A stretch of 40,369 nt of DNA, from NCBI GenBank assembly GCA_036172245.1, contig JAYWIR010000015.1, positions 4,278,001 through 4,318,369 on the forward strand, written 5' to 3'. The notes beneath the pieces were generated by a model. That model worked only from the letters and a program-made list of their open reading frames with translations, did not search any database and was not told the DNA's origin. This stretch comes from Raillietiella orientalis. Lineage: Eukaryota. Within the stretch, counting starts at the first letter, position 1. Every line of letters begins with the position of its first letter. Shown here in pieces: positions 28,441-39,296 of the stretch. Position numbers and translations under genes: made by a program.

Positions 28441-29601
28441 GGCAAATCGAGTCCGTGGTCCCGGCACTGGAATCCTTGATAACGCGATTGGAGATAGCAG
28501 CCACGGCGCTGGAAGCTGCGGCAACGGAGGCCGAACTTGGCGTGGAGCAGTCGGATGGCTTCGGTAATTGCGACTGTCCGCGTGCAATGGCTTGCTGCTT
28601 GCCCGCAAGTCCGATGTGCACGTCCGCGCTGCCTGGAATAGCCGAAATCGGCAGAGCGACGCGTGCAGCGAAGATGAGCTGCAGCGGCCATTCTCGCTTT
28701 CTGTCGACCTAACACGGCTTGGCTGATCAACTCACAACTCACGGGTCGCTAACAGCTCGCAATGGAGAAACAGCGTGCCTTCCATCGTCCAGAATGTCGA
28801 TACCTTGTTTGCCGCTGTTTCCAGAGATCAGCAATCCGTGGCTCGAAGATTACGCCCGAATTGGGAAGGGATCTTTGGCCGTCTACCGCAATCTGTCGGC
28901 CAAGATCTCGGAAGCGGTTCGCAAGCACTCGGACATGGTGCTGAAAGCATTCAAGTAAGCGTGTAAGGTGTTCATAAGCCCACGATGGAAGGTTCCCTCT
29001 CCTCGGTTTCCCAGTTGCTAACCATCTTCCTTTCCTGTTGCAGGATCCAGGGGCGTTTGATGCAACTAATATGCTGCTCGCAGGAACCCGACGACTCGAA
29101 AGTGCTCGACCTCCTTCAACCGCTTTCCGAGTGCATCGTGCAGATCGAGGCATTCGAGCAAAGTCAGCGCGACACCGAGACGCATGTTCACCTGTGTGTG
29201 ATCAGCCAGAGTGTGGCAGCCATCCTTTGGGTGACCATGGTAGGTGTACGGGCACGCATCCGCAAAGTTTCTTTCCTTTTCGTAGAGCCCCTATCCCGCA
29301 GATGCTGTTCAAGATATGATGTTTTTATGCCGACTCCCTGTGAAGCGCGTCCTCCAAGAATGGGAGGAAAAGTGAGTTTCCGGCTCGAAGAGAAGATCCG
29401 GAATCGTGCTTGCTCGTTTCTTTCAGCGATGATCATGTGTGTTGGGTGAAGTCGTGGATGGCCGTATTGTCCGTGTTGCACAGTTTGGCGAAGACCCATC
29501 ACACGACGTGGGTTCCCTGGCACGCAAAAGGTGCCAGCGTTGAGAAGCACACCCCACCTCCACCCTTGCCGACCTCTTCCCACTCTCCTACGTCCCGGTG
29601 A
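28441..29601 (+). CDS. Divergent cyclase-associated protein (CAP/Srv2) N-terminal-half gene, copy 1. Exons A-E: 28441-28563, 28825-28954, 29044-29239, 29286-29371, 29427-29601
   Basis: The spliced product (LESLITRLEIAATALE...SLAVYRNLSAKISEAVRKHSDMVLKAF...LDLLQPLSECIVQIEAF...HLCVISQSVAAILWVTMSPYP...KRVLQEW...HVCWVKSWMAVLSVLHSLAKTHHTTWVPW...PPPPLP*) follows the CAP RLE oligomerisation motif, helical folded domain and P1 polyproline. The four introns (261, 89, 46, 55 nt) are phase-consistent. An alternative in-frame ATG lies at 28401. Confidence 0.85.
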
Positions 29602-30643
29602 CCCGGAAGGCCTGCTTTGCTTGCACGGTCGAATGCAGGCAAAGCAGTCACAATAAATACGTGTCGAATTTCGAATGATCTTTCAGTTCTTGAATGGTCC
29701 ACGACTGCCAAGTCGCCCATTCCACATTACCGAAAGTTTGGCACCATGCGACGGCACCAACCAAGTTGTGCAGAATGCTCAGCCACTTTTCAGCGTGGTT
29801 TCCATTTTCCCTCGTTCCCTCGAATGCTCTGAATGAGGAAAACAAGCAGAAAAGAACCACCAAAAGATCAAAGTCGACTTCGAAACTGCGAGTTCGACTG
29901 CATCCACTCAATTTTGCCACACATTGGAATGGGACGCTCCTTTTTCGCTTCCAAATGCAACACGCACCCTGCGCGGTCCAGCGAGAGCCAACTCTCGTGA
30001 AACCACTGCTCTCCAAAGTAGCGAAGATGAAGTTTCAGCCACAGCGGATTCCACCCAAAGCTGACCAAGGCAGCAACAGTCAGAAGATTGGACGGACCCA
30101 TAGTGAGAATGCAAACCGGGCATGCCGTCCACCCATTTAGTACCAGCCGAACACATTTTCCACTTTTTTCTTACGAAAAGGGAACTCGTTCATGCCTTCG
30201 CACCGCGGTGGGAAGACTATGTCCACTGATAGTCAGACTTTTCGGATGACTCAAAATAGGAGATTGCGACTGATCTCGTGGTTTCTGCCTGAATGCCCTC
30301 TTCCCTGTGGCACGCAGCATCCAGCTGCCAACCGGATTCGCTTCAGTCCTCATGATGTCGGTCGACTCGTGCCGACATGCCATTGTGGAAAATGAACTAA
30401 CAGAGGTGGTGGAAGCAATGCCGCGAAGGATGTGCGCAGACTCGCCAGGTTCGCTGGTCCTTGGCAGAATTGCAGAAGGACAAGCAAGAACGGGGAGAAA
30501 ATGAAAAGCAAATAGGAAGAAATGGGGGGAAGACGCTTGGAAGGGATCGCTGCCTGTTCCTCTGCATCTTTCCTAAGGTGCCGGCGGGGTGTTGCTGAAC
30601 GCTTCCCAGCTGGGACCATCTTAATGCTTTTCGTGGGAAGCAA

Positions 30644-31800
30644 ATGGCCACGCGGAACGATGGCGCGTCCGTGTCTCCCAGGCGTCGCCGCAGGCCGCCA
30701 CGATCCGGCTCTAGCCGCAATGAGCTGCTAGGGACGCGGCTGGCGGTAGATGCATCACTTCCAAACGCTCCTGCAATTGTATCCCCGGGATCCCAAGGGT
30801 GGGCACAACAAAGTTTAACCAGCAGGAAGCCTGAGAGCCACAGAATCCGCATTCAGCTGCGGGCGGATCCGCGCTCTCCGTGCCGGCTCTAGTTGGGGCT
30901 CCCACACAACCCGGGTCCAGTGAAGTCGGAGGGGGTTCGAAGAGAAACAATCCCAGTGCAACAGCAGAATCGCCGAATACGTACCCAAAAAGGTAAGATG
31001 TAAGTGTTCTCAGGAGGACTGGGGACCATCGGTAGTCTCGCCGGGGAATAGCCAAGAGCTCGCGGCTGCGAAGACGTAGGGCACTTGGTACCCGCGAGCT
31101 CGCTGTAGATCAACCACCCAAGTCTTTCTTCCTGGAGTTGAACTCTCACGAGACCTTCCACCTTCTTGGCATGCTGCTGCCCAAGAAGCTCCCGCAGGCA
31201 TCATTGCCGCGTGGGAGGTTCAATCCAGGCTCAGCTCCCTTGCCACGATGCACGACTGTTTCCTGGAGGCAGAAGTTGTTACAGAAGCAGTACAGCAGCC
31301 GCCGCCGTGACTCCGGGCCCGTCTGCTTGCTGTTCGCCCGCGTGCCCAGTTTCCTGCAAGCAAACGCTACCGTTCGCGGGGCGATCCTGCTGGAGGTGCA
31401 GCTGTTCTTCCTGGTCGGTGAGACGTGATGCGAAGTGCGCAGTGGGCCACGTTGGACAGTATGCCGAGCATACCAAGAAAGTGGATGGGATTGTTTCGCG
31501 AGGATGGGCGTCGAAGGCAGAACGAACTCGAGTGCAAACGTTGGGAATGCTTTCGGTACACTTTCGATGAGACCGATCAGGTGTGAGAAAATCCGAACGT
31601 GGAGGAAAGCGTGTATTCCATCTTCTCCAGGTGTTGACCGTATGCGCCTTGCGCCGCGTCAGAAAAGACGCAGGAGAGCTGTCCTGCTCCGGCGCTGCAA
31701 GACGGCCCCGGATCGTCGGCAATCTGAGGAACAGGGTCGGGCAAACCGCCTTCGCTTTTTTCGCAGCGCCTCCCTTTTTTGCAACGGAGGAGGGTGCTGA
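30644..31800 (+). pseudogene. Tentative orphan gene C in the repeat unit (exons about 30644-30992 with an in-frame TAG at 30890, 31109-31417, 31631-31800)
   Basis: Strong donors AAG|GTAAGA (30993) and CG|GTGAGA (31418) and acceptors at 31108 and 31630 are all phase 1. The middle exon has G/C-ending codons, and its single difference from copy 2 is synonymous. The product is Arg-rich with no recognisable domain. Confidence 0.25.
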
Positions 31801-33907
31801 ATGCCGGCTGTGCCCTCGCCTGCCTCAGACTGCTTGGCAACGAATAACGTGGTGCAGAGCGGAGGCAGCAGCCACCTCGAGAGCTAGCTCGTTTCTCCGG
31901 GAACGCCTGCCGCGCACAATCTTCGCTTCGATCTTCCTCGGCCATCAGCGAACCTTTCTGCGCGCAAGCCTGCGCCGAACTGCGTGCGCAGTGGCGCGAC
32001 AACGCGCGTGTCTGCGACAAGAAAGGAACACTTGTTTCCGAATGGCAATCCCGGAGATGGAGGCCGGCAGGCTTTGCAGATGGAACGCGGAAGAGCTGGC
32101 CCGGTCATTGCGGAAGCCGGTCGGATAGCTGGCTTCTCGCGAAACGACACATCTGCACAACGTCGCTGCCGTTGGCCGTTTCATTTCCTCCCTCCGTTCA
32201 AGCAAGCCTTCGCTACGCGCACGTTCTCCGCACCGGAAATGCTGCCGCTTCACCCTTCCCAGCTGTCACCTCTGCAGCACTTCTTCATCGTGCATCCTTT
32301 CTTGTGGGTCACGCGCATACACCAGTTTCACCCATCCATCACAAGATGACGCATCTCTGCTGATCTTCGCAGAACCTCTATCGTGAAGCCCGTTTCGCTC
32401 GAGCCTCGTTTCCACCGAGGATGGGCAAGAAGGTAGGCAGCGAAAAAGCGCACGTGCGAAATGCGCCACCTCACTTGCCATGCATTTTCTCCTTCACGTC
32501 ACACGGATTTCCTGCTGCGTTTCACGCCGTCGTATGCACCGTCACAGCAAACGTTCGCATGCAAATGAAGCAACAGGAGAGAGTCCGCTTCGACCGACCT
32601 CGCTTGCCCCCGCACCGTTTCGCATGTCGAGCACACGCTCGAACGCTGTGACCAGCAAGCAAGCTGTTGCCATCAGGCAGTGGAACGCTGCCAGTGCGTG
32701 CCTGCCGCATCCAACGATTTGTCATTGGGTTCGTGCGGTGGTATCCGTCATCGGCGGCAAGCTGCCACGTTGAGCGCATCCCGCTTCGGCAAGCACGCTC
32801 TTGCTGCGCGTTCAGCCGTGTGCGGCGGCGCCGCGTTGCTCGCGATCTTTCCGGGAAGAAGGGAGGATGAAGGCAGGGAAAGAAGGACGTCGGACAGGTG
32901 GACTGCCAGTCTAACGTGGCGTCGCACGGCAAGTCCGGAACAGTCCACAAATACTGATGTAAGAAACACGCAAAAAGTGTGAGAACGAGACGATGACGGG
33001 GGTTTGCGCGTTCGGCCGTTCCCTCCAAGCGGAACCGGCGCTGCATAACGAACATCTCGCTGCTCGCTCATATCTTCTGCGAGTTCAGGCCGCCTGGCAG
33101 GCGTCGTCATGTTGACTTCAGCGGAAGAAGTGTCGTCTCGAAGAACCGCCCGAGACTCCAGCTGGTGGAGGGTTGCGAACATAAGGCCTCCTTACGATGA
33201 GCGCATCTAACGAAAAGCGGCCAGGCGTGAAGAAGCGGCGCACATGAGATCCCTCGGCTGTCCCCCTGAGCAGGGAGCACGGATGTAGTGATGAAAGATG
33301 CGGGAGCGCATCTTTCCGCTTCAGTCTTTGAAGACGCAACTCCCTGCAGACGATGCTTGCGCTCTGCTTGCAATTTTTAAGCAACTCCATGCGCCATCGG
33401 AGCGGGAACACACGCACCGTCCAACCACGCACGAACGACAGTCCACAAGTTGTTCTGGTGGCACACTGAAAAGTTCACAGCAGCGAAGGACTGCTTTGGG
33501 GGAACATGGCCAGGCGTGGCACCTTCTGCCGGACTCCAGTCGCCCATGGGACGAGTTGATCGTGCGATCGGCAGGGCGCCCTCACATCCCGCCGGTAGGC
33601 AACTGTCCACTAAAGCAGAAAGCGCTGCCGCAAGGGGCGTGGAGAGCCCACTTGTGCTGGTCCTGCAGCACTTCCTCCACTGGACACGATGGGGAATGGT
33701 GCACGTGCAACAAAGTTCCAAAACGACCACTTGCCTCGCGACGGTACCGGCGCGTGTCCCGGTTCGTCGGGCGGCAGGGGAATCAAGAGTGGGCTGCCAG
33801 GGACGAGCACGAGCTGCCCGAAGGGAAGCTCAAGAAGCCTCTTGTGGTGGCGCGCTGGGCATGCGGCAGCAACGAAAGCAGCAACTGGGATGTGACCCTG
33901 GAGAGCT

Positions 33908-33908
<1 letters not shown>

Positions 33909-33978
<70 letters not shown>

Positions 33979-33985
33979 TTTTTTT
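33909..33985. repeat. C70 followed by T7, present only in copy 2
   Basis: Copy 1 reads GAGAGCTTCAGGAAACCTC at the equivalent site (about 25406-25424). Confidence 0.85.
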
Positions 33986-35209
33986 GTAAACCTCTTCATG
34001 AACTCGTACACCGAGTGGATTTGCAATACTTGTGCATGCCGTGCATCAACGAACGTTTCTTGGAACAGGTGCTTGGAGAATGCAAAATGAGGTGCCTTTC
34101 AAGTTGAGTGCTGAGTGTCCCTTCACGGATGCGTTTCGCGAAACTCCAAGCCGTGCACGCGCCACCATCCCGCTCACCAGCCTGCTTGTTGTTGTCGCAC
34201 GCAACAAGCATAGCATGCGCCAACGAACCGTGTCTTTGAGGCAAGCGCGCGTTCCACGCACTGCTGCTGCGCTGAACAAAAAATCCCACGCCTCTTTTCC
34301 GTCCTTCCGCGATTCGCCCAACGGGCGTATGCTGCGCTGATCCCGACGCTCGTACGGGATGTACGGGATGGGCCGGTGCACAAGCGCGAGGATATTCCAG
34401 GGAACGGGACGCGCACGCCTTGGATGGTCACAACGTACAAACGACTAAAGACGGGACGAGAAAAGAGGAAAGCGACGAACGGGCCGAATTGTTCCCGAGA
34501 ATGGGGAACAGCGAAGATCGAGCCAAAGTGCGAGAAACGCTCCCGTTTCCCTTCCTTCGCACTTTTCTGCGCACAGTCCCTTCCAATGAGGTGAAGTGGC
34601 ACCTGCCAAAGGCATTGTCGAGTGTCATTGCATTGTGCTACGGGCTCCTTTCAATTTCGGTATCGATCTTCCCGTTGCTTAGCAGGCGGAGATTTTTCCT
34701 GACGGAAGAACTTGCTAAAGCGTTTGCGAATTCGGTTGTCGGATCGACTCGCGCATTTCGTGGACGAGATCGCAACTCGGAGTATCGTACTGCTGCGTAA
34801 TCCAGCGCTTATCTACTTGTGCGTCTACTTGTGAATTCGGAAGTTCGTAGCGGATAGCGAATCCATCCCAACCGGAAGTAATTCGCATCCCTGCGAATCC
34901 GGAACTTCGGATTCGGTTACGAAACCAAACGGAAAGCGAGTCTTGTCGCTCGTGACCCCGGAAAAAACACATCTCGCCTATCCTGCCGCCGAGGTATCCA
35001 GGAAGGATAACCGTACTGCCAACTTAGAAAAGCCAGTGGCTGTAAGGTAGCAGGAAAGGAAAGCAGATCTAGAAACAAAGCTGAGCACCGGTAAGATGAA
35101 TGCGAGGTCCGTGAGAATGTGGGAAATCAATCCTGTGGTGCACGTGTGACGCAGGAAGTGATTCGTGGCTTGTGCACGACTTCCAGGTCGAGTCCCTCGC
35201 AATTGGGAA

Positions 35210-35379
35210 ATGTGCTCAGCCTGGATTGGCATGTCTTCCCTGCGTATCGGGAAGGAGGAGTCCGAATCGCCGAAGCAAAAAGCTTCGTTTCGGACCGCAG
35301 ACACTGAGAGTCTGTACGCGAAGGCATCCTCTGCGACCGTGTCTTCTCCGAGAATCCAGACGCAAACGGAAAAAATTTT

Positions 35380-35423
<44 letters not shown>

Positions 35424-36397
35424 GGAGTGGGGTGTTCGAGAGCAGCAGTGAGCCTTCCTGCACGGAATGCCGGAAGAGATGGCTGTTCAGCTGGAAGAAA
35501 GGCAAGGGCAAGAAGAACGGAGCGGAGGAAGCGGGGAGCGGACCAGCCGAGACAGTACCTGTTGCGAACGGCTCCCCGACTACCGAGACAAGCTGCAAGA
35601 AGCTCGTGAAAGCAACCTCGTTCTTCAAAAGCAACCTCACTCCACAAGAGAAGGAGAGCAAGGAATGCAGAAAGAGGGGGAAAAAAGCCACCAAGGAAGC
35701 ACGGAAGCGAGACGAGAAACTGAAAGATGAACGGAAGAAGAAGAGAAACGAGGAGGACAGACAGAAAGCGAAAGAGAAACGGGAGGAAGATCGGGAATGC
35801 AAGAAGAAATCCGGCAACAAACGGAATCGGTTCGTGCCGAAGAAGGTAGAAGTTCAGGAGCAACAGGAGACGAAGGAACACGTGCCTGAGAATTGCAAAA
35901 GGCAAATGGTTCCGGGTGACGACAAGGAGGCGGCCGAAACGATTGCTTCCAAGCAGGAGCATGGAAACGGCGAACGAACGAAGACCACGAACGAAAAGGC
36001 GAAGAAAGGAAAAACGCTAGCTTGCTTCCGGTTCTCCAGGCACAGGGGAAGGAGAACCGGAGAAGATGCGACCCTGGCAACGTCCTTGCCAGGGAACGAA
36101 CCTACGAAACGCGAAGTCTCGAGCAAACTGCGAGGCAAAGACGGAGGCGGCGACGTAGCCAGGGAGCAGGAAGAGCATTCCCTGCAGATGCTGCTCACGG
36201 AGCCGAAGCGGAACGAAGGAAACGACTGCCGCCATTCCCGAGTCTGGGGAGCCGATGGCGCCGAACTGTCCTCGGCAGCTGTGGATGGGTGCGCAGGCAC
36301 ACATAGCCTCGAACTGCGAAGAAGAAAGCAGACCTCTCCCCAGATGTGTGGCTGGTCAGCCGCAGCGTTCAGTGCGACTATGGAGATTATTGGCAAG
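35210..36397 (+). CDS. Copy 2 of the Lys/Glu/Arg-rich exon, disrupted as assembled by the poly-T insertion and a +2 indel near 36340
   Basis: Colinear with 26645-27788, with 15 substitutions and no indels over 35491-36339. Confidence 0.45.
35376..35420. repeat. T5-C-T39 homopolymer, present only in copy 2
   Basis: Copy 1 reads ACGGAAGAGGAGTGG at the equivalent site (about 26801-26815). Confidence 0.85.
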
Positions 36398-37056
36398 GTT
36401 GGTGGAACGGGTTCTGCATTCCGGCCACTGCACACGCGTCTGCTCCCGTTCGGTGCCCCGGGTGGTGTTTGCGGATGCGCGTCGCTCGTTCTGCACGTTC
36501 CCGCACGAACGTACGCGTACGTGTGCGTGGCTCGTGTGGAGCTCGCAACGCGTTTGCATGCGTTTGGTCGAGAACTGCTTTTGTTCGCTTGCGCGCGAAA
36601 CAAGGAAGGAACGAAAAAGAAGAAGAGCCGTTTGCACGTGTTCTTGACCGAAAGCCGGTAGAAGGGGTGGCGCATTTCGGAAAAGCGCGCAGGTTTGTCT
36701 GGAAAGAGCGCCGCTGCGTTGCCTCTTCGGGAATTTCATAAGGCGCTACTCTTCAACTCTTTCCCGAACCAGGTGGCCATTTAGGGAGGAAATTCCATTG
36801 ATGCTGCTGCGAGAAAGATTTGTTCTCCTCGAGCCGAACGTTCCGCCAGCAAGGCAATTGCACTTGGGATGCGAAGAAAAGCAATGATAATTTCTCGCAT
36901 GAACGTTTCGTGTGCTTCTCTCAGCAGCGTTGCGACGTGATGGCGGTGGCGGGGAGCGGTGCGCGACATTGCGAGGCACGCGTGTTGCCACTCGCGTTGT
37001 CCGATCGGTTGAATGCATGAAAAATGCTAATGAGACGCTTCTTGTTTTTCCCAAAG

Positions 37057-38210
37057 GGCAAATCGAGTCCGTGGTCCCGGCACTGGAATCCTTGATAACG
37101 CGATTGGAGATAGCAGCCACGGCGCTGGAAGCTGCGGCAACGGAGACCGAACTTGGCGTGGAGCAGTCGGATGGCTTCGGTAATTGCGACTGTCCGCGTG
37201 CAATGGCTTGCTGCTTGCCCGCAAGTCCGATGTGCACGTCCGCGCTGCCTGGAAAGCCAGCCCGGTAGAGCGACGCGTGCCAAGATGAGCTGCAGCGGCC
37301 ATTCTCGCTTTCTGTCGACCTAACACGGCTTGGCTGATCAACTCACAACTCACGGGTCGCTAACAGCTCGCAATGGAGAAACAGCGTGCCTTCCATCGTC
37401 CAGAATGTCGATACCTTGTTTGCCGCTGTTTCCAGAGATCAGCAATCCGTGGCTCGAAGATTACGCCCGAATTGGGAAGGGATCTTTGGCCGTCTACCGC
37501 AATCTGTCGGCCAAGAACTCGGAAGCGGTTCGCAACACTCGGACATGGTGCTGAAAGCATTCAAGTAAGCGTGTAAAGGTTCATTCCTCGTTGGAGGAAG
37601 GTTCCTCCTCGGTTTTTCCCAGTTGCTAACCATCTTCTCTTCCCTGTTGCAGGATCCAGGGGCGTTTGATGCAACTAATATGCTGCTCGCAGGTCCGACG
37701 ACCTCGAAAGTGCTCGACCTCCTTCAACCGCTTTCCGAGTGCATCGTGCAGATCGAGGTATCTGAGCAAAGTCAGCGCGACACCGAGACGCATGTCTGCT
37801 CCAAAGTATCAGCCAGAGTGTGGCAGCCATCCTTTGTGACCATGGTAGGTGGTCGGGCACGCATCCGCAAACTTTCTTTCCTTTTCGTAGAGCCCCTATC
37901 CCGCGGATGCGGTTCAAGACATGATGTTTTTATGCCGACTCCCTGTGAAGCGCGTCCTCCAGGAATGGAAGCAAAAGTGAGTTTCCGGGTCGAAGGGAAG
38001 ATCGGGAAAAGATGGTGCTTGCTCGTTTCTTTCAGCGATGATCATGTGTGTTGGGTCAAGTCGTGGATGGCCGTATTGTCCGAGTTGCACAGTTTGGCGA
38101 AAACCCATCACACGACGTGGGTTCCATGGCACGCAAAAGGTGCCAGCGTTGAGGAGCACACCCCACCTCCACCCTTGCCGACCTCTTCCCACTCTCCTAC
38201 GCCCCGGTGA
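37057..38210 (+). pseudogene. CAP/Srv2 N-terminal-like gene, copy 2; frameshifted in exons B and C as assembled (pseudogene or consensus errors)
   Basis: Exons A (37057-37179), D (37891-37976) and E (38036-38210) are intact and the same length as in copy 1. Exon B has a 1-nt deletion (CGCAACACTCG) and exon C has several clustered indels. Confidence 0.6.
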
Positions 38211-38656
38211 CCCGGAAGGCCTGCTTTGCTTGCACGTTCGGATGCTGGCAAAGCAGTCACAATAAATACGTGTCGAATTCCGAATGATCTTTCAGTTCTT
38301 GAATGGTCCACGACTGCCAAGTCGCCCATTCCACATTACCGATAGAGTTTGGCACCATGCGACGGCACCAACCAAGTTGTGCAGAATGCTCAGCCACTTT
38401 TCAGCGTGGTTTCCATTTTCCCTCGTTCCCTCGAATGCTCTGAATGAGGAAAACAAGCAGAAAAGAACCACCAAAAGATCAAAGTCGACTTCGAAACTGC
38501 GAGTTCGACTGCATCCACTCAATTTTGCCACACATTGGAATGGGACGCTCCTTTTTCGCTTCCAAATGCAACACGCACCCTGCGCGGTCCAGCGAGAGCC
38601 AACTCTCGTGAAACCACTGCTCTCCAAAGTAGCGAAGATGAAGTTTCAGCCACAGC

Positions 38657-39296
38657 GGATTCCACCCAAAGCTGACCAAGGCAGCAACAGTCAGAAGATT
38701 GGACGGACCCATATTGAGAATGCAAACCGGGCATGCCGTCCACCCATTTAGTACCAGCCGAACACATTTTCCACTTTTTTCTTACGAAAAGGGAACTCGT
38801 TCATGCCTTCGCACAGCGGTGGGAAGACTATGTCCACTGATAGTCAGACTTTTCGGATGACTCAAAATAGGAGATTGCGACTGATCTCGTGGTTTCTGCC
38901 TGAATGCCCTCTTCCCTGTGGCACGCAGCATCCAGCTGCCAACCGGATTCGCTTCAGTCCTCATGATGTCGGTCGAGGATTCCACCCAAAGCTGACCAAG
39001 GCAGCAACAGTCAGAAGATTGGACGGACCCATATTGAGAATGCAAACCGGGCATGCCGTCCACCCATTTAGTACCAGCCGAACACATTTTCCACTTTTTT
39101 CTTACGAAAAGGGAACTCGTTCATGCCTTCGCACCGCGGTGGGAAGACTATGTCCACTGATAGTCAGACTTTTCGGATGACTCAAAATAGGAGATTGCGA
39201 CTGATCTCGTGGTTTCTGCCTGAATGCCCTCTTCCCTGTGGCACGCAGCATCCAGCTGCCAACCGGATTCGCTTCAGTCCTCATGATGTCGGTCGA
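38657..39296 (+). repeat. 320-bp direct tandem duplication inside copy 2 (38657-38976 and 38977-39296)
   Basis: GGATTCCACCCAAAGCTGACC...GATGTCGGTCGA occurs twice in tandem, with one mismatch seen (CACAGCGG vs CACCGCGG). It is single in copy 1. Confidence 0.9.

Larger units (their letters stand above)
24681..33169 (+). repeat. Tandem segmental duplication, copy 1 (period 8,489 bp)
   Basis: GGGTTGCGAA(G/C)ATAAGGCCTCCTTACGATGAGCGC begins at both 24681 and 33170, and the sequences remain colinear after that. Confidence 0.92.

Noticed and set aside
29602..31441. Possible CAP C-terminal half (WH2/CARP) downstream of exon E
   Set aside because: No WH2-like LKHV motif or CARP beta-helix sequence is recognisable in any + frame.
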